Shown here: positions 19,350-28,697 of the stretch, piece by piece
How the letters are laid out: the number at the start of each line of letters is the position of its first letter
Numbering within the stretch: the first letter of the stretch is position 1
From: a virus
Strand: one strand, 5' to 3'
Length of the DNA: 64,000 nucleotides
Virus record (IMG/VR): IMGVR_UViG_3300045988_113168
The notes under the pieces: generated by a model
What the model saw: the letters and a program-made list of their open reading frames with translations, nothing else
Database searches by the model: none
What the model was told of the DNA's origin: nothing
Position numbers and translations under genes: made by a program

Positions 19350-20066
19350 ATGACTGTTGATTTGATCGCGTACACACAGCGAGTTGTTCCTACAAGTGAT
19401 AAGAATCCTTTAGATATTGTGGAGGAAGCTGCGAGTATTTGTTACGATTCTTCAATGACTGACGATTATAAGATTGCCAAGGGATGTAAGGCAAGCGGTC
19501 ACTATTCTGTGCTTGAGCACATCAATTTTACGTTTTACGTCAAAGATGTAAGCCGAGCACTTCTGGCGCAGATTAGTCGTCATCGACATATTAGCATGAG
19601 CTGCCGCAGCCAGCGTTATTGCAACGAGGATGGATTCAAATATGTGAACCCGTTTACCGGTGAAGATGCGGATGTTTTCGATAATATGATGTCGGACATT
19701 GATACCGATTATCAGATTCTCAAGAAGTATCACAACGCCAAAAACGAAGATGCCCGTGCAGTTCTGCCAAATGCTTGCTGTACAGAGTTTTACATTACGA
19801 TGAATGCTCGTGCTTTGATTGAGATGAGTCATCTTCGACTTTGTTCCAGGGCTCAAAAAGAAATCCGCGAGATGTTTACAGAAATGAAGAAGGAAGTTGC
19901 ACAGGTTTGTCCTGAAGTAGCAAACTGGATGGTTCCTTCCTGCGAGGCTAATCCGAAGTATCCGTTCTGCCCAGAAGGTCGTGGTTGCTGTGGTCGTCAC
20001 CCGAAGCTGGCAGATGTTTATAAGTCTATTGAAAAGAATAAGGAGGTTATTGATGGAAACACTTGA
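19350..20066 (+). CDS. thyX: FAD-dependent thymidylate synthase ThyX
   Basis: ThyX signature SRHRHISMSCRSQRY (RHRxxSxxxxSxRY). Confidence 0.9.
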   Translation: MTVDLIAYTQRVVPTSDKNPLDIVEEAASICYDSSMTDDYKIAKGCKASGHYSVLEHINFTFYVKDVSRALLAQISRHRHISMSCRSQRYCNEDGFKYVNPFTGEDADVFDNMMSDIDTDYQILKKYHNAKNEDARAVLPNACCTEFYITMNARALIEMSHLRLCSRAQKEIREMFTEMKKEVAQVCPEVANWMVPSCEANPKYPFCPEGRGCCGRHPKLADVYKSIEKNKEVIDGNT

Positions 20067-20538
20067 CGAAATTAAGAAGAATGTCGAGCACCCGTCCCAT
20101 TACGGCGGTGCAGACAATCCCTACGAGGCCATCAAAGTACTGCGAGAGTGGCAACTGGACAAGGATGCTTATCTTTGGAATGTTGGTAAGTATCTGAGCC
20201 GTGCAGGGCACAAGGATGGCAATTCACTGCTTCAAGATTTGACGAAGGCACGTTGGTATTTGGACTATAAAATCCGACTTTTAGAGGAACAACAGAAGAT
20301 TGCTGAAAATGTCGTAGATACGCTCAAGAAAGTTCCTAGTGAGGTCACTGATAAGCTGACTACGATGCCGAAAAAAGACAGCCAAGGAAATTTTTACGAT
20401 CCTAGACTTAATTGTTTGGTAAACGATTGCGTTTACCGTCCTGATGATTCATTCAAAGAAAAGCTGGCAAAAGCAAAGCCGATGTGCAACATCGAGACTG
20501 CCGTGGTTCCTGATTGTGCTGATGAGGTCAAGTTCTAA
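20053..20538 (+). CDS. DUF3310-like (SaV-like) protein
   Basis: AGGAGG RBS. HPSHYGG...YEAI motif typical of that family. Confidence 0.55.
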   Translation: METLDEIKKNVEHPSHYGGADNPYEAIKVLREWQLDKDAYLWNVGKYLSRAGHKDGNSLLQDLTKARWYLDYKIRLLEEQQKIAENVVDTLKKVPSEVTDKLTTMPKKDSQGNFYDPRLNCLVNDCVYRPDDSFKEKLAKAKPMCNIETAVVPDCADEVKF

Positions 20539-20551
20539 GAGGTTTACATAA

Positions 20552-20644
20552 ATGAGATACAACTGGGAATATCCGCTGGTAGCGTTGATGCTCCTAGCTA
20601 TGATAATGACATTTTGGTTTTCTAAGGTCGTCCTTGGAATTTAA
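20552..20644 (+). CDS. 30-aa membrane peptide
   Basis: MRYNWEYPLVALMLLAMIMTFWFSKVVLGI. Short, so uncertain. Confidence 0.35.
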   Translation: MRYNWEYPLVALMLLAMIMTFWFSKVVLGI

Positions 20645-20656
20645 AGGAGTGATTGC

Positions 20657-22867
20657 ATGGAATATGTGATTAAACGCGATGGAACGAAAGTTCCTTTTGA
20701 TAAAAGTAAGATTGTAAATGCGATTGAGAAGGCGATGAATGATTCTTCAGATCCTGTTGACCACAAGCTGAGTGATAGTATTGCATCGGAAATCGCAGCC
20801 ATTGACTCTACTATGGATGTAGAAGCGATTCAGAATGCAGTTGAGAATCGTCTTATGCAGAGTGGCTATTACGAGACGACTCGTTCTTATATGAATTACC
20901 GATATCTGCATGGTATTGCTCGCAGCAATTATAAAGAGCTGATGGATGCAGTCGAAGAGAAACTTCTCGGCAAAAAGATTGATAACCAGAATGCCAATGT
21001 TGATGAAGCATCTTTTGGCGGTCGTATTGGCGAGATGAGCCGGGTGGTTTCAAAGCGATATGCCCTTGACTACTGCATGTCTAAGATGGCTCGTGAAAAT
21101 CACGAGAACAACGAGATTTATATCCACGATCTCGATAGCTACGCAGTTGGTATGCACAATTGCTTGAGTATTCCGTTTGATGATCTGCTTGCGAATGGTT
21201 TTAACACTCGACAGACTGATGTTCGCCCTGCACAATCCATCAGTACGGCATTCCAGCTTGTCGCAGTCATCTTCCAGATTCAAAGTCTTCAGCAGTTCGG
21301 CGGCGTGAGCGCAACACACCTAGACTGGACTATGGTTCCTTATGTACGGAAGAGCTTTTCGAAGCATTTTAAAGATGGGATTAAATACCTTCAGCCTGAA
21401 GATGACCCCAATAGAGTACCCAAAGAATTATCTTTTAATGACTTAGAGGCTAATGATCCAAGGAATGCAAAAGTGTATCAGTATGCAATGGACATGACAA
21501 AGCGAGAATTGAATCAAGCCGTTGAAGGCATGTACCATAATCTGAATACACTCCAATCACGTAGCGGAAATCAGCTTCCGTTCACGTCTATCAACTATGG
21601 CACATGTACGTTGCCTGAAGGCCGAATGGTTATCGAAGCATTGCTAAATGCTTCCATTAAGGGTATCGGCAAATTACATAGAACTAGCATTTTCCCTTGT
21701 GGTATTTTCCAGATGGCTAAGGGAATCAATCGTGCTCCCGGGGACCCTAATTACGATATGTATCAGCTGGCACTGCGTTCCACCGCACAGCGTCTTTATC
21801 CTAATTATGCCAATGTCGATTGGAGCGGCAATGAAGGATACGATAAAAATAACGTAAAAACGTATTTTTCTACGATGGGCTGTAGGACTGCAAATGGTTG
21901 GGATGTCAACGGCTTTGAGCAGTTGAAGGATGGCCGAGGGAATATCTGTCCTGTTACGATTATTCTTCCTACTCTTGCAATGGAAGCGAAGGAGTGCATC
22001 ATTAAAAACGCCACTGGAGAAGACCTTGAAGGACAGACTGTAGCCAAGTTTATGTCCATGCTTGACCAGAAGTTGCATGAAGCAAAAGATATGCTGATTG
22101 AACGCTTCGAGTGGATTTGTTCTCAGTCTCCTGAGTCTGCAAAATTCATGTGGGAGAATGGAACCATGGCCGGATATGACGGAAGAGATATTCGTTCTGC
22201 TCTGAAACATGGCACGTTGGCTGTTGGTCTGCTCGGCATGGCTGAAACTCTTCAGATTTTGATTGGAGAAGATCAAACTTGTGATAATGGCCTTGAGCTT
22301 GCAAAGAAAATTTGTCAGCTCTACAAAGATCGCTGCGACGAATTCAAGCACAAGTATTCTTTGAATTTTGGCGTGTACTTTACGCCCGCAGAAAACCTTT
22401 GTTTTACTGCCATGCAGAGATTTAAGGCTAAATATGGTGATATCAAAAATGTTTCAGACAAAGAGTTCTTCACTAACAGTGTCCATGTTCCGGTATGGCG
22501 AGAAGTGACACCGTTTGAAAAGATCGATATTGAGTCTCAGCTTGACGGATATTCAAGCGCAGGCTGCATCGCGTATGTAGAGCTCGACTCGACTGTAAAG
22601 AATAATCTCGGTGCGCTGGAAACAATTGTGAACTATGCAATGGATCATGACATTCCGTATTTTGCAGTGAATGTTCCAAATGATACCTGTATGGAGTGCG
22701 GCTATTGCGATGAGATTGGTGATACTTGCCCTGAGTGTGGTAGCCACAACATTCGACGTCTTCGTCGTGTGACGGGATATCTCACGGGCGATTATACAAC
22801 GGCTTTCAATCTTGGTAAGCAGCAGGAAGTTGAGCTTCGTGTTAAGCACAATCGAGTGATTCATTAA
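20657..22867 (+). CDS. nrdD: anaerobic ribonucleoside-triphosphate reductase NrdD
   Basis: ATP-cone N-terminus (VIKRDGTKVPFDKSKI). C-terminal Zn site (CMECGY...CPECG). Glycyl-radical motif RRVTGYL. Confidence 0.95.
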   Translation: MEYVIKRDGTKVPFDKSKIVNAIEKAMNDSSDPVDHKLSDSIASEIAAIDSTMDVEAIQNAVENRLMQSGYYETTRSYMNYRYLHGIARSNYKELMDAVEEKLLGKKIDNQNANVDEASFGGRIGEMSRVVSKRYALDYCMSKMARENHENNEIYIHDLDSYAVGMHNCLSIPFDDLLANGFNTRQTDVRPAQSISTAFQLVAVIFQIQSLQQFGGVSATHLDWTMVPYVRKSFSKHFKDGIKYLQPEDDPNRVPKELSFNDLEANDPRNAKVYQYAMDMTKRELNQAVEGMYHNLNTLQSRSGNQLPFTSINYGTCTLPEGRMVIEALLNASIKGIGKLHRTSIFPCGIFQMAKGINRAPGDPNYDMYQLALRSTAQRLYPNYANVDWSGNEGYDKNNVKTYFSTMGCRTANGWDVNGFEQLKDGRGNICPVTIILPTLAMEAKECIIKNATGEDLEGQTVAKFMSMLDQKLHEAKDMLIERFEWICSQSPESAKFMWENGTMAGYDGRDIRSALKHGTLAVGLLGMAETLQILIGEDQTCDNGLELAKKICQLYKDRCDEFKHKYSLNFGVYFTPAENLCFTAMQRFKAKYGDIKNVSDKEFFTNSVHVPVWREVTPFEKIDIESQLDGYSSAGCIAYVELDSTVKNNLGALETIVNYAMDHDIPYFAVNVPNDTCMECGYCDEIGDTCPECGSHNIRRLRRVTGYLTGDYTTAFNLGKQQEVELRVKHNRVIH

Positions 22868-22897
22868 CGTGTAAGTGGTGGGTTGGTGGGATTACAT

Positions 22898-22975
22898 ATG
22901 AAAGAAATTATTGTTTTCTTTGTGATTGTATGGGTTATCGCCTATTACATTTTAAAAGATAACTACAAAGGTTAA
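22898..22975 (+). CDS. 25-aa membrane peptide
   Basis: MKEIIVFFVIVWVIAYYILKDNYKG. Short, so uncertain. Confidence 0.3.
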   Translation: MKEIIVFFVIVWVIAYYILKDNYKG

Positions 22976-22985
22976 GGAGATACTT

Positions 22986-23837
22986 ATGAAGAAATTTATG
23001 GCAATTTTTGTTGCATTTCTCGTTGCAGTTGGCGTAGTGCTTTGTACCGAGCGGGTACATACCGGTTATGTAGGTGTTGTGTATTCTGCCAAGGGTGTTG
23101 AGCAGCAGACTATTTCTCAGGGCTGGCACTTTATGAGTCCCCTGAAGCATGTGTCTGAGTTCCCGATTACTCAGCAGCGAGTGGTATTTTCTAATGCTCC
23201 GTCCGACTATGGCGCAAAGGAACACGCAGATTGGCACATTGACGCTCCTGCTAATGGCGGTACGATTGCAATCAATCTGACTGTAAACTATAACTTCCTG
23301 CCGGAGCATGTTGTTGAACTGTACACCAAGTTTGGTGGCATGGATGGTGAGAGCCTGATGGAGAGCAAAATCCAGAATGACATTATTGCTTATGTTAAGG
23401 AAGTCACTCCTCAGTTCAGTGTTATGCAGATTTATTCTGATGACCGTGCAGGTGTTAATACTGCAATCACCAACTATCTGAATGAGAAGTTGACCGCAGA
23501 ATATGGTATCAATGTTTCTTCCGCACTGATTGTTGACGCACAGCCTGATGATACCCTGATGCAGAAGATTCGTGCTAAGGAGCAGGCAAAGCAGGACGCA
23601 GAGATTGCTGAGCTGAATAAGCAGACCGCTCTGGCTCAGGCAGAGACTGATAAAGTTAAGGCACAGACGGAAGCTGACGTTAAGATGATTGAAGCACAGG
23701 CCGAGGCTGATGCAAATAAGGTGCTTTCCGAATCTATCACTCCTGAACTGATTCAGATGAAGGAAGCAGAAGCTCGCCTGAAGCATGGTTGGGTTACCGT
23801 ACAGGGTGCCGATACAGTCGTTACCAAGGGTGAGTAA
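22986..23837 (+). CDS. SPFH/band-7 (prohibitin/flotillin-like) membrane protein
   Basis: N-terminal TM helix followed by the SPFH core (GYVGVVYS...GWHFMSPL...). Ala/Glu/Gln-rich coiled-coil C-terminus. Confidence 0.8.
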   Translation: MKKFMAIFVAFLVAVGVVLCTERVHTGYVGVVYSAKGVEQQTISQGWHFMSPLKHVSEFPITQQRVVFSNAPSDYGAKEHADWHIDAPANGGTIAINLTVNYNFLPEHVVELYTKFGGMDGESLMESKIQNDIIAYVKEVTPQFSVMQIYSDDRAGVNTAITNYLNEKLTAEYGINVSSALIVDAQPDDTLMQKIRAKEQAKQDAEIAELNKQTALAQAETDKVKAQTEADVKMIEAQAEADANKVLSESITPELIQMKEAEARLKHGWVTVQGADTVVTKGE

Positions 23838-23852
23838 ACGAGGCTTTATAAA

Positions 23853-24080
23853 ATGAAAATTCTTAAAAATTCTGGTGACACATTCTTCAAACGCATTGGA
23901 ATTGGCGAAGCGTTTTATTGGGGTGGAGACCTGTTTATTAAATTGCAACCATGTGAAGATTTAAATGGGATCACTGCTGTTTGCTTAAAAGATGGACACT
24001 CGTATCTAATGAGTGACCATGATATTGTGCAAGTAGCTCATGTTCATATTGAAGAGGATAAGCCGGAGGTGATGGTTTGA
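23853..24080 (+). CDS. hypothetical protein
   Basis: 75-aa ORF. Confidence 0.5.
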   Translation: MKILKNSGDTFFKRIGIGEAFYWGGDLFIKLQPCEDLNGITAVCLKDGHSYLMSDHDIVQVAHVHIEEDKPEVMV

Positions 24081-24271
24081 ACTCATTTAAGAATATTCTA
24101 GGAGCAATCCTTGTGTTTGCAGTAACCTACTTTGTGTCGTGGACAATCTCCACTGCACTCATCTGGGTTATTTATCAGCTATTCAGTTTGAATTTTAATA
24201 TCAAAGTTGCGACAGGCATTTGGCTGGTGCTTATTTTGATTGAAGGATTCTTGAAAGGAAGTCGAAAGTAA
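24077..24271 (+). CDS. small 2-TM membrane protein (TTG start)
   Basis: GGAGGTGA RBS 5-6 nt before the TTG. Two hydrophobic helices. Confidence 0.5.
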   Translation: MNSFKNILGAILVFAVTYFVSWTISTALIWVIYQLFSLNFNIKVATGIWLVLILIEGFLKGSRK

Positions 24272-24549
24272 TGGGGTGGTATCGTAAGAAACCTGTTGTC
24301 GTCGAAGCATTTCAGCTTGGAATTGATTATATTCCGGACTGGTTTATGAATAAGGTGACAGACAGAACGGTTACTTTGCATGGGTTGAGTAGCGGATTTA
24401 TTCACGTTCCAGACACTAACGCAGACATCGAAACGTTGGAAGGTGTGATGCACGCAAACTACGGAGACTATATTATCCGTGGCGTGAACGGAGAGATTTA
24501 CTCTTGCAAGCCCGATATCTTTGAAAAGACATACGAGGAAGTAAACTAA
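24271..24549 (+). CDS. hypothetical protein
   Basis: TAATG overlap. KKPVVVEAFQ...GDYIIRGVNGEIYSCKPDIFEKTYE is a recurring phage small-protein pattern. Confidence 0.55.
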   Translation: MGWYRKKPVVVEAFQLGIDYIPDWFMNKVTDRTVTLHGLSSGFIHVPDTNADIETLEGVMHANYGDYIIRGVNGEIYSCKPDIFEKTYEEVN

Positions 24550-24585
24550 CAAGCAGGGTGGGTGTGGTGGCATGAAGGGAGCTAT

Positions 24586-24762
24586 ATGAATTATTGGTCA
24601 GTAGAAGTCCTGTTTTATGAAGATGGAATTCAGGCAACTAATACATATTATGTCCGAGCATACGATCAGAATGAAGCTATGAATAAGGCACGGCATCGTT
24701 TTGAAAAATCTCATCCCGGTATGAGCTGCATGGTTCAGAATGTAGAAAAGGCAGGTGGCTGA
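24586..24762 (+). CDS. hypothetical protein
   Basis: ATG after a GAAGGGAG RBS. Confidence 0.5.
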   Translation: MNYWSVEVLFYEDGIQATNTYYVRAYDQNEAMNKARHRFEKSHPGMSCMVQNVEKAGG

Positions 24763-24763
24763 G

Positions 24764-25114
24764 ATGGACTTCAAATGTAAGTGTGGCAGTAAATCTCTCT
24801 TTATCCAGAACAAAGGTAGCCAGATTGGTCTGTATTGCTCTGTTTGTGGTAAGTGGCAGAAATGGCTCACCAAGGACGAAGTGAGACAGTTTGAGTACGA
24901 GACGAATACGTTGGACTCAAAAGGAAACAATCCTGATGATGATTTTTATGAAAAATTCGCCTTAACTCCATGGGGCTGCCTACACTGTGCTTTTAGAGAT
25001 TTTGGACTAGATCTTCCTGAAATACCTGGTAAGATGGCCGATACTCTTATGGAAGATTTCTTCGAGATTATGAAAAAGCACGGATTGTGGAGAAAGAGTA
25101 AGAATGATTGCTAA
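24764..25114 (+). CDS. hypothetical Zn-ribbon protein
   Basis: CKCG...CSVCG near the N-terminus. Confidence 0.5.
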   Translation: MDFKCKCGSKSLFIQNKGSQIGLYCSVCGKWQKWLTKDEVRQFEYETNTLDSKGNNPDDDFYEKFALTPWGCLHCAFRDFGLDLPEIPGKMADTLMEDFFEIMKKHGLWRKSKNDC

Positions 25115-25259
25115 AATCTTGAAACGTCTACTCCGTTGGTTTCTTCCAGAATGCAGCCGATGTGGTGGTGTGATGCTCTACGATGCAAAACATAGTTGGT
25201 ATGATAAATGGCACTTCGTCTGTGACACTTGCGGTAGAGAGAAATGGGGGACTTTATGA
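25104..25259 (+). CDS. 51-aa Zn-ribbon protein
   Basis: CSRCGG...CDTCG. Below the ORF-track size cutoff; found by hand translation. Confidence 0.4.
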   Translation: MIAKILKRLLRWFLPECSRCGGVMLYDAKHSWYDKWHFVCDTCGREKWGTL

Positions 25260-25322
25260 AACTATGGGGGCGTTTTTACAAACTTTTATGACGGCATCAC
25301 GATTGACGGTAGAGAAGTTCTT

Positions 25323-25625
25323 GTGTCTGAACATGATACGAAAGATGATGCATTAAAAGAGGCAATTAGATACGGACTTCAAATTCTGAATCATTTCAAA
25401 ACAGATGACTTTATGAATGAACGTCTGTATGGAAAACAAGAACCTGACGATAAGTATAAACTGACTGTTGCGTACGAACCTGCTTCCGTTACTCTTTACG
25501 AAAAACGAGAGACCGATATGGTTCCAGTTCGTAAATGGCCTTGTAAAGAAGTTTACGATATGGATTCGGAAGATTTATTTATGTTCTCTATCGAGGGGAA
25601 TGCGGGGTTGTTTACAACTTTATAA
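25323..25625 (+). CDS. hypothetical protein (GTG start)
   Basis: No in-frame ATG upstream. Weak GGTAGAGAAG RBS. Confidence 0.45.
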   Translation: MSEHDTKDDALKEAIRYGLQILNHFKTDDFMNERLYGKQEPDDKYKLTVAYEPASVTLYEKRETDMVPVRKWPCKEVYDMDSEDLFMFSIEGNAGLFTTL

Positions 25626-25650
25626 AAGTGCCGTTTTAGGAGGTGCCAAT

Positions 25651-26046
25651 ATGAAAAAGTGGACTAAAGACATTCTTGAAGCTAATGGATATGAGCTGAG
25701 AAACGCATACATTAAAAATGTATCTTTTGGAATAAAAGATTACGGATTTCTTTCTCTTGCACTCACTTTAGAAGGTGATGGATGGGGAGTAAATTACATA
25801 GGCCCTTCTATCGGTAGAAGATTCTACATCAATGGAGAGTTTATTAAAGATGGGAATGCCGCAAATTTTGAAGGTTATGAAGGCGGAGCTGAAGCTATCG
25901 TAAGAATTTTAGATGTTGTTGATTGTTCTGAACTTGAATCACTAAAAGGAAAATATATCCGTGCAGCTATCAAAAGAGGAGAGTCTGTGAAAATCATCGG
26001 TAACATCATCAAAGATCAGTGGTTTGATTTACGGTTCATTCTTTGA
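25651..26046 (+). CDS. hypothetical protein
   Basis: TAGGAGGTG RBS before the ATG at 25651. Confidence 0.6.
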   Translation: MKKWTKDILEANGYELRNAYIKNVSFGIKDYGFLSLALTLEGDGWGVNYIGPSIGRRFYINGEFIKDGNAANFEGYEGGAEAIVRILDVVDCSELESLKGKYIRAAIKRGESVKIIGNIIKDQWFDLRFIL

Positions 26047-26094
26047 TGATATGGTAAACGACGCTGACGATAATAAGGGTACTGAGGTAGAGTG

Positions 26095-26274
26095 ATGACA
26101 GATGAAGAAAAACTCAATTTATACCATAGACTTTTCAAAAGAATGAAAGCAAGAGCTTTATTGATGTCTACGGCAGAAAAGCATACCTATATGAGAGCCG
26201 TTGGCACGAACGAATTAAAATGGATTCTTAAAAAGGAACTTGAATTATCAGATGAGGATTTAAAACATGATTAA
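26095..26274 (+). CDS. hypothetical protein
   Basis: GAGGTAG RBS. Confidence 0.45.
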   Translation: MTDEEKLNLYHRLFKRMKARALLMSTAEKHTYMRAVGTNELKWILKKELELSDEDLKHD

Positions 26275-26428
26275 CAATCCTTTTGTAGAAGATGGTATCA
26301 TTTCCTGCCAGTGCTGTGGCAGTGGTGAATATCTCTTTAATGAAGATGGTAACCGTAATGGTTACTGTGGTAACTGCGGGGCTAGAATCGACTGGCCGGA
26401 GGACAACGATGAAGAAAGTAACACTTGA
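26267..26428 (+). CDS. 53-aa Zn-ribbon protein
   Basis: CQCCGSG...CGNCG; found by hand translation. Confidence 0.4.
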   Translation: MINNPFVEDGIISCQCCGSGEYLFNEDGNRNGYCGNCGARIDWPEDNDEESNT

Positions 26429-26756
26429 ACTTTTGGTTGATGAAAACGGAGACGAAGATATCAACCCAATTAAGAGTGAGATCGAGAGTGCTTTTCAACA
26501 TTGTTATCATAATATAAAGTTGGTTTCATACGAAGAAGAAAGCATCGATGCACGATGGTTTTGCGCGAAAGACGTAACTCCTCCAGTCCCAGAGTACGGA
26601 ATGTGTTCAGAGGATGTCATCATAAAATACAAGGACGGAACAGAAAGCGTTGCGTGCATCACATTTAATGGTGAGTGGTATGATACTGATTATTATGAGG
26701 TTGCCGATACGGTAGTGTATTGGCGATACATGACAGATGATGAGAAAAATTCCTGA
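26409..26756 (+). CDS. hypothetical protein
   Basis: GGAGGA RBS before the ATG at 26409. Confidence 0.5.
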   Translation: MKKVTLELLVDENGDEDINPIKSEIESAFQHCYHNIKLVSYEEESIDARWFCAKDVTPPVPEYGMCSEDVIIKYKDGTESVACITFNGEWYDTDYYEVADTVVYWRYMTDDEKNS

Positions 26757-26842
26757 TTTTTTGCTAAAATTATTTAACGCATTATCGCAATAAATTCTTG
26801 ACAAATTTTGATAGAATTCCGCTTTTATTAGAAAGGAAAAGT

Positions 26843-27151
26843 ATGTTTAAGACTTTCAAAAATACTGCCGTATGCGTACTTCTAGCAGCTATTATACTGA
26901 CTGGGTGCAGTGCAAGTGTGAAAGACTCAGTAGGAAATGTAGCTGTAGGGAATGGCTGGTTCTATCGTATCAGTGATACCCCTATGGTATACGACAAGGA
27001 TACACGCATTATGTATTACTTATTCTCTAAATGTATAGGCAATCAAGGCTACGGTTATATGTCTCCTTATTATAATGAGCACGGTCAGATGTGCTACTAC
27101 GTTGATGGTCAGGTTATTCCAATCGAGGAGGTGTTAATTGATGCTGACTGA
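26843..27151 (+). CDS. lipoprotein (signal peptide plus lipobox LTGC)
   Basis: MFKTFKNTAVCVLLAAIILTGCSAS. Preceded by an 86-nt non-coding gap. Confidence 0.7.
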   Translation: MFKTFKNTAVCVLLAAIILTGCSASVKDSVGNVAVGNGWFYRISDTPMVYDKDTRIMYYLFSKCIGNQGYGYMSPYYNEHGQMCYYVDGQVIPIEEVLIDAD

Positions 27152-27341
27152 GATTGTTTGGTTTATGATCAAAGCTTATATTGTTTTAATTTTCATCGCA
27201 GCAGCAATTCGCTCTGAACAGATTCTGTATGATACCTCTACATATATTTTTCGAGGTGACAAAAAGAATGGAATGTATGGCTGTGTCGTGCTGAATGTTT
27301 TTATTATCGTTTGTGTAAGTATGTGGACGGTGATGTTTTAA
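27141..27341 (+). CDS. small 2-TM membrane protein
   Basis: GAGGAGGTG RBS. Two hydrophobic helices. Confidence 0.55.
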   Translation: MLTEIVWFMIKAYIVLIFIAAAIRSEQILYDTSTYIFRGDKKNGMYGCVVLNVFIIVCVSMWTVMF

Positions 27342-27620
27342 ATGAACTACATGAAACTAGTTAATGCTGATAGATTAAAGGATTGTCTTTTGCTGGAAGG
27401 AAACCTTGGACATATCAAAACTCTAAAAGATGTTGAACGAGTTATTGATTTTCAAGTAGATTGCCAGCCAACAACTGTATTTGAGTTCGTAGATAATTGT
27501 GAGAACTCGGCATGGGTGTGTGATTATTGTGGTGGCGGAATTAAAGGGCAAGAGTCACCCGAAAGCCTTGGCTATAATCGCTGCCCGTTCTGTGGTCTTT
27601 TAATCGAGGTGGGAAAATGA
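27342..27620 (+). CDS. hypothetical Zn-ribbon protein
   Basis: CDYCGG...CPFCG. Confidence 0.5.
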   Translation: MNYMKLVNADRLKDCLLLEGNLGHIKTLKDVERVIDFQVDCQPTTVFEFVDNCENSAWVCDYCGGGIKGQESPESLGYNRCPFCGLLIEVGK

Positions 27621-28162
27621 ACTACATGAAAATTGTTCCCTGTGACATAGCGAATGGCGAAGGTGTGCGCGTAAGTCTTTTCGTTTCGGGGTGTAACCAT
27701 CATTGTCCTGGTTGCCATAACCAGCAAACGTGGGATGCAAACGCAGGCCAGCCATTTACAGAAGAAACGCTAGACGAACTAATTGAGTTGCTTCGACCAG
27801 ATTACATTCAGGGGCTAACTCTTACTGGTGGAGATCCAATGTATCCAGAAAATCGAGAAATAATCAGTGATATTATTTATAAAGTCTTAGTTGAGTTTGG
27901 AGATAAAAAAGATATCTGGATGTGGACTGGATATACCTATGAAGAATTACTAAGCCAGATAAATCCGCTCAATAAAAATGATGACATCGATATGATTTTA
28001 AATCTTATCGATGTCATCGTGGATGGCCCATATATTGAATCAAAACGTGACATCTCACTACCTTATATGGGAAGCTCCAATCAGAGAGTTATCGATTGCA
28101 TGAAAACTACTGGATACGACAATATAGTCCTTTGGTGGGCTCCAGAAGAGAAAGGAAAATAA
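27617..28162 (+). CDS. nrdG: anaerobic RNR activating radical-SAM protein NrdG
   Basis: CNHHCPGCHN (CxxxCxxC) near the N-terminus. Size and context with nrdD fit. Confidence 0.9.
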   Translation: MNYMKIVPCDIANGEGVRVSLFVSGCNHHCPGCHNQQTWDANAGQPFTEETLDELIELLRPDYIQGLTLTGGDPMYPENREIISDIIYKVLVEFGDKKDIWMWTGYTYEELLSQINPLNKNDDIDMILNLIDVIVDGPYIESKRDISLPYMGSSNQRVIDCMKTTGYDNIVLWWAPEEKGK

Positions 28163-28163
28163 T

Positions 28164-28697
28164 ATGGATTTAGGAAATTACGAAAAGTTCCCAGATAGCA
28201 ATGTTTTTACCACTATTTATCATCCGAATATTAAGATCAATAAACTACACGATGATGCTCGTCTGCCGACTTATGGTTCTAAAAATGCTGCTTGTGCAGA
28301 CCTGTACGCCTATATCGGTTTTGATGACGCAACGATTGTAAACAAGAATGGTGATCGCTGCATTATGATTCAGCCGCATGAGACCGTTAAGGTACATACT
28401 GGTTTGCGGATGGCTCCGCCGGAAGGTTGGTATGTCGCTATCTATGCTCGCAGTGGTATGGCAACGAAGCAGGGGCTTGCACCTGCGAATAAAACAGGGG
28501 TTTGTGATCAGGATTACCGTGGAGAATATATCGTAGCACTACATAATCATTCCAATATCCCTCAAATGATTACTCATGGCGACCGCATTGCTCAGATGGC
28601 AGTTGTTCCGTTCTGGCAGGCTGATTTTGAAGAGGTTTCCGAATTGGACGAAACGGAGCGTGGAGCGGGCGGTTTTGGTTCTACTGGAAAACAGTAA
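28164..28697 (+). CDS. dut: dUTP diphosphatase
   Basis: Trimeric dUTPase motifs ACADLYA, ARSG, GVCDQDYRGE, RIAQ and RGAGGFGSTG. Confidence 0.95.
   Translation: MDLGNYEKFPDSNVFTTIYHPNIKINKLHDDARLPTYGSKNAACADLYAYIGFDDATIVNKNGDRCIMIQPHETVKVHTGLRMAPPEGWYVAIYARSGMATKQGLAPANKTGVCDQDYRGEYIVALHNHSNIPQMITHGDRIAQMAVVPFWQADFEEVSELDETERGAGGFGSTGKQ

Noticed and set aside
25104-25625. The 51-aa Zn-ribbon ORF and ORF 25323..25625 are in the same frame, separated by a TGA at 25257-25259. This could be TGA readthrough.
   Set aside because: It is a single isolated case. TGA is used as a normal terminator by about 40% of genes here. A GTG start with a purine-rich RBS-like sequence at 25323 explains the downstream ORF without recoding.
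26798-26830. The TTGACA at 26798 could be a promoter for the lipoprotein gene.
   Set aside because: There is no acceptable -10 hexamer at 16-19 nt spacing (GCTTTT / TTTTAT only), so I did not annotate it as a promoter.
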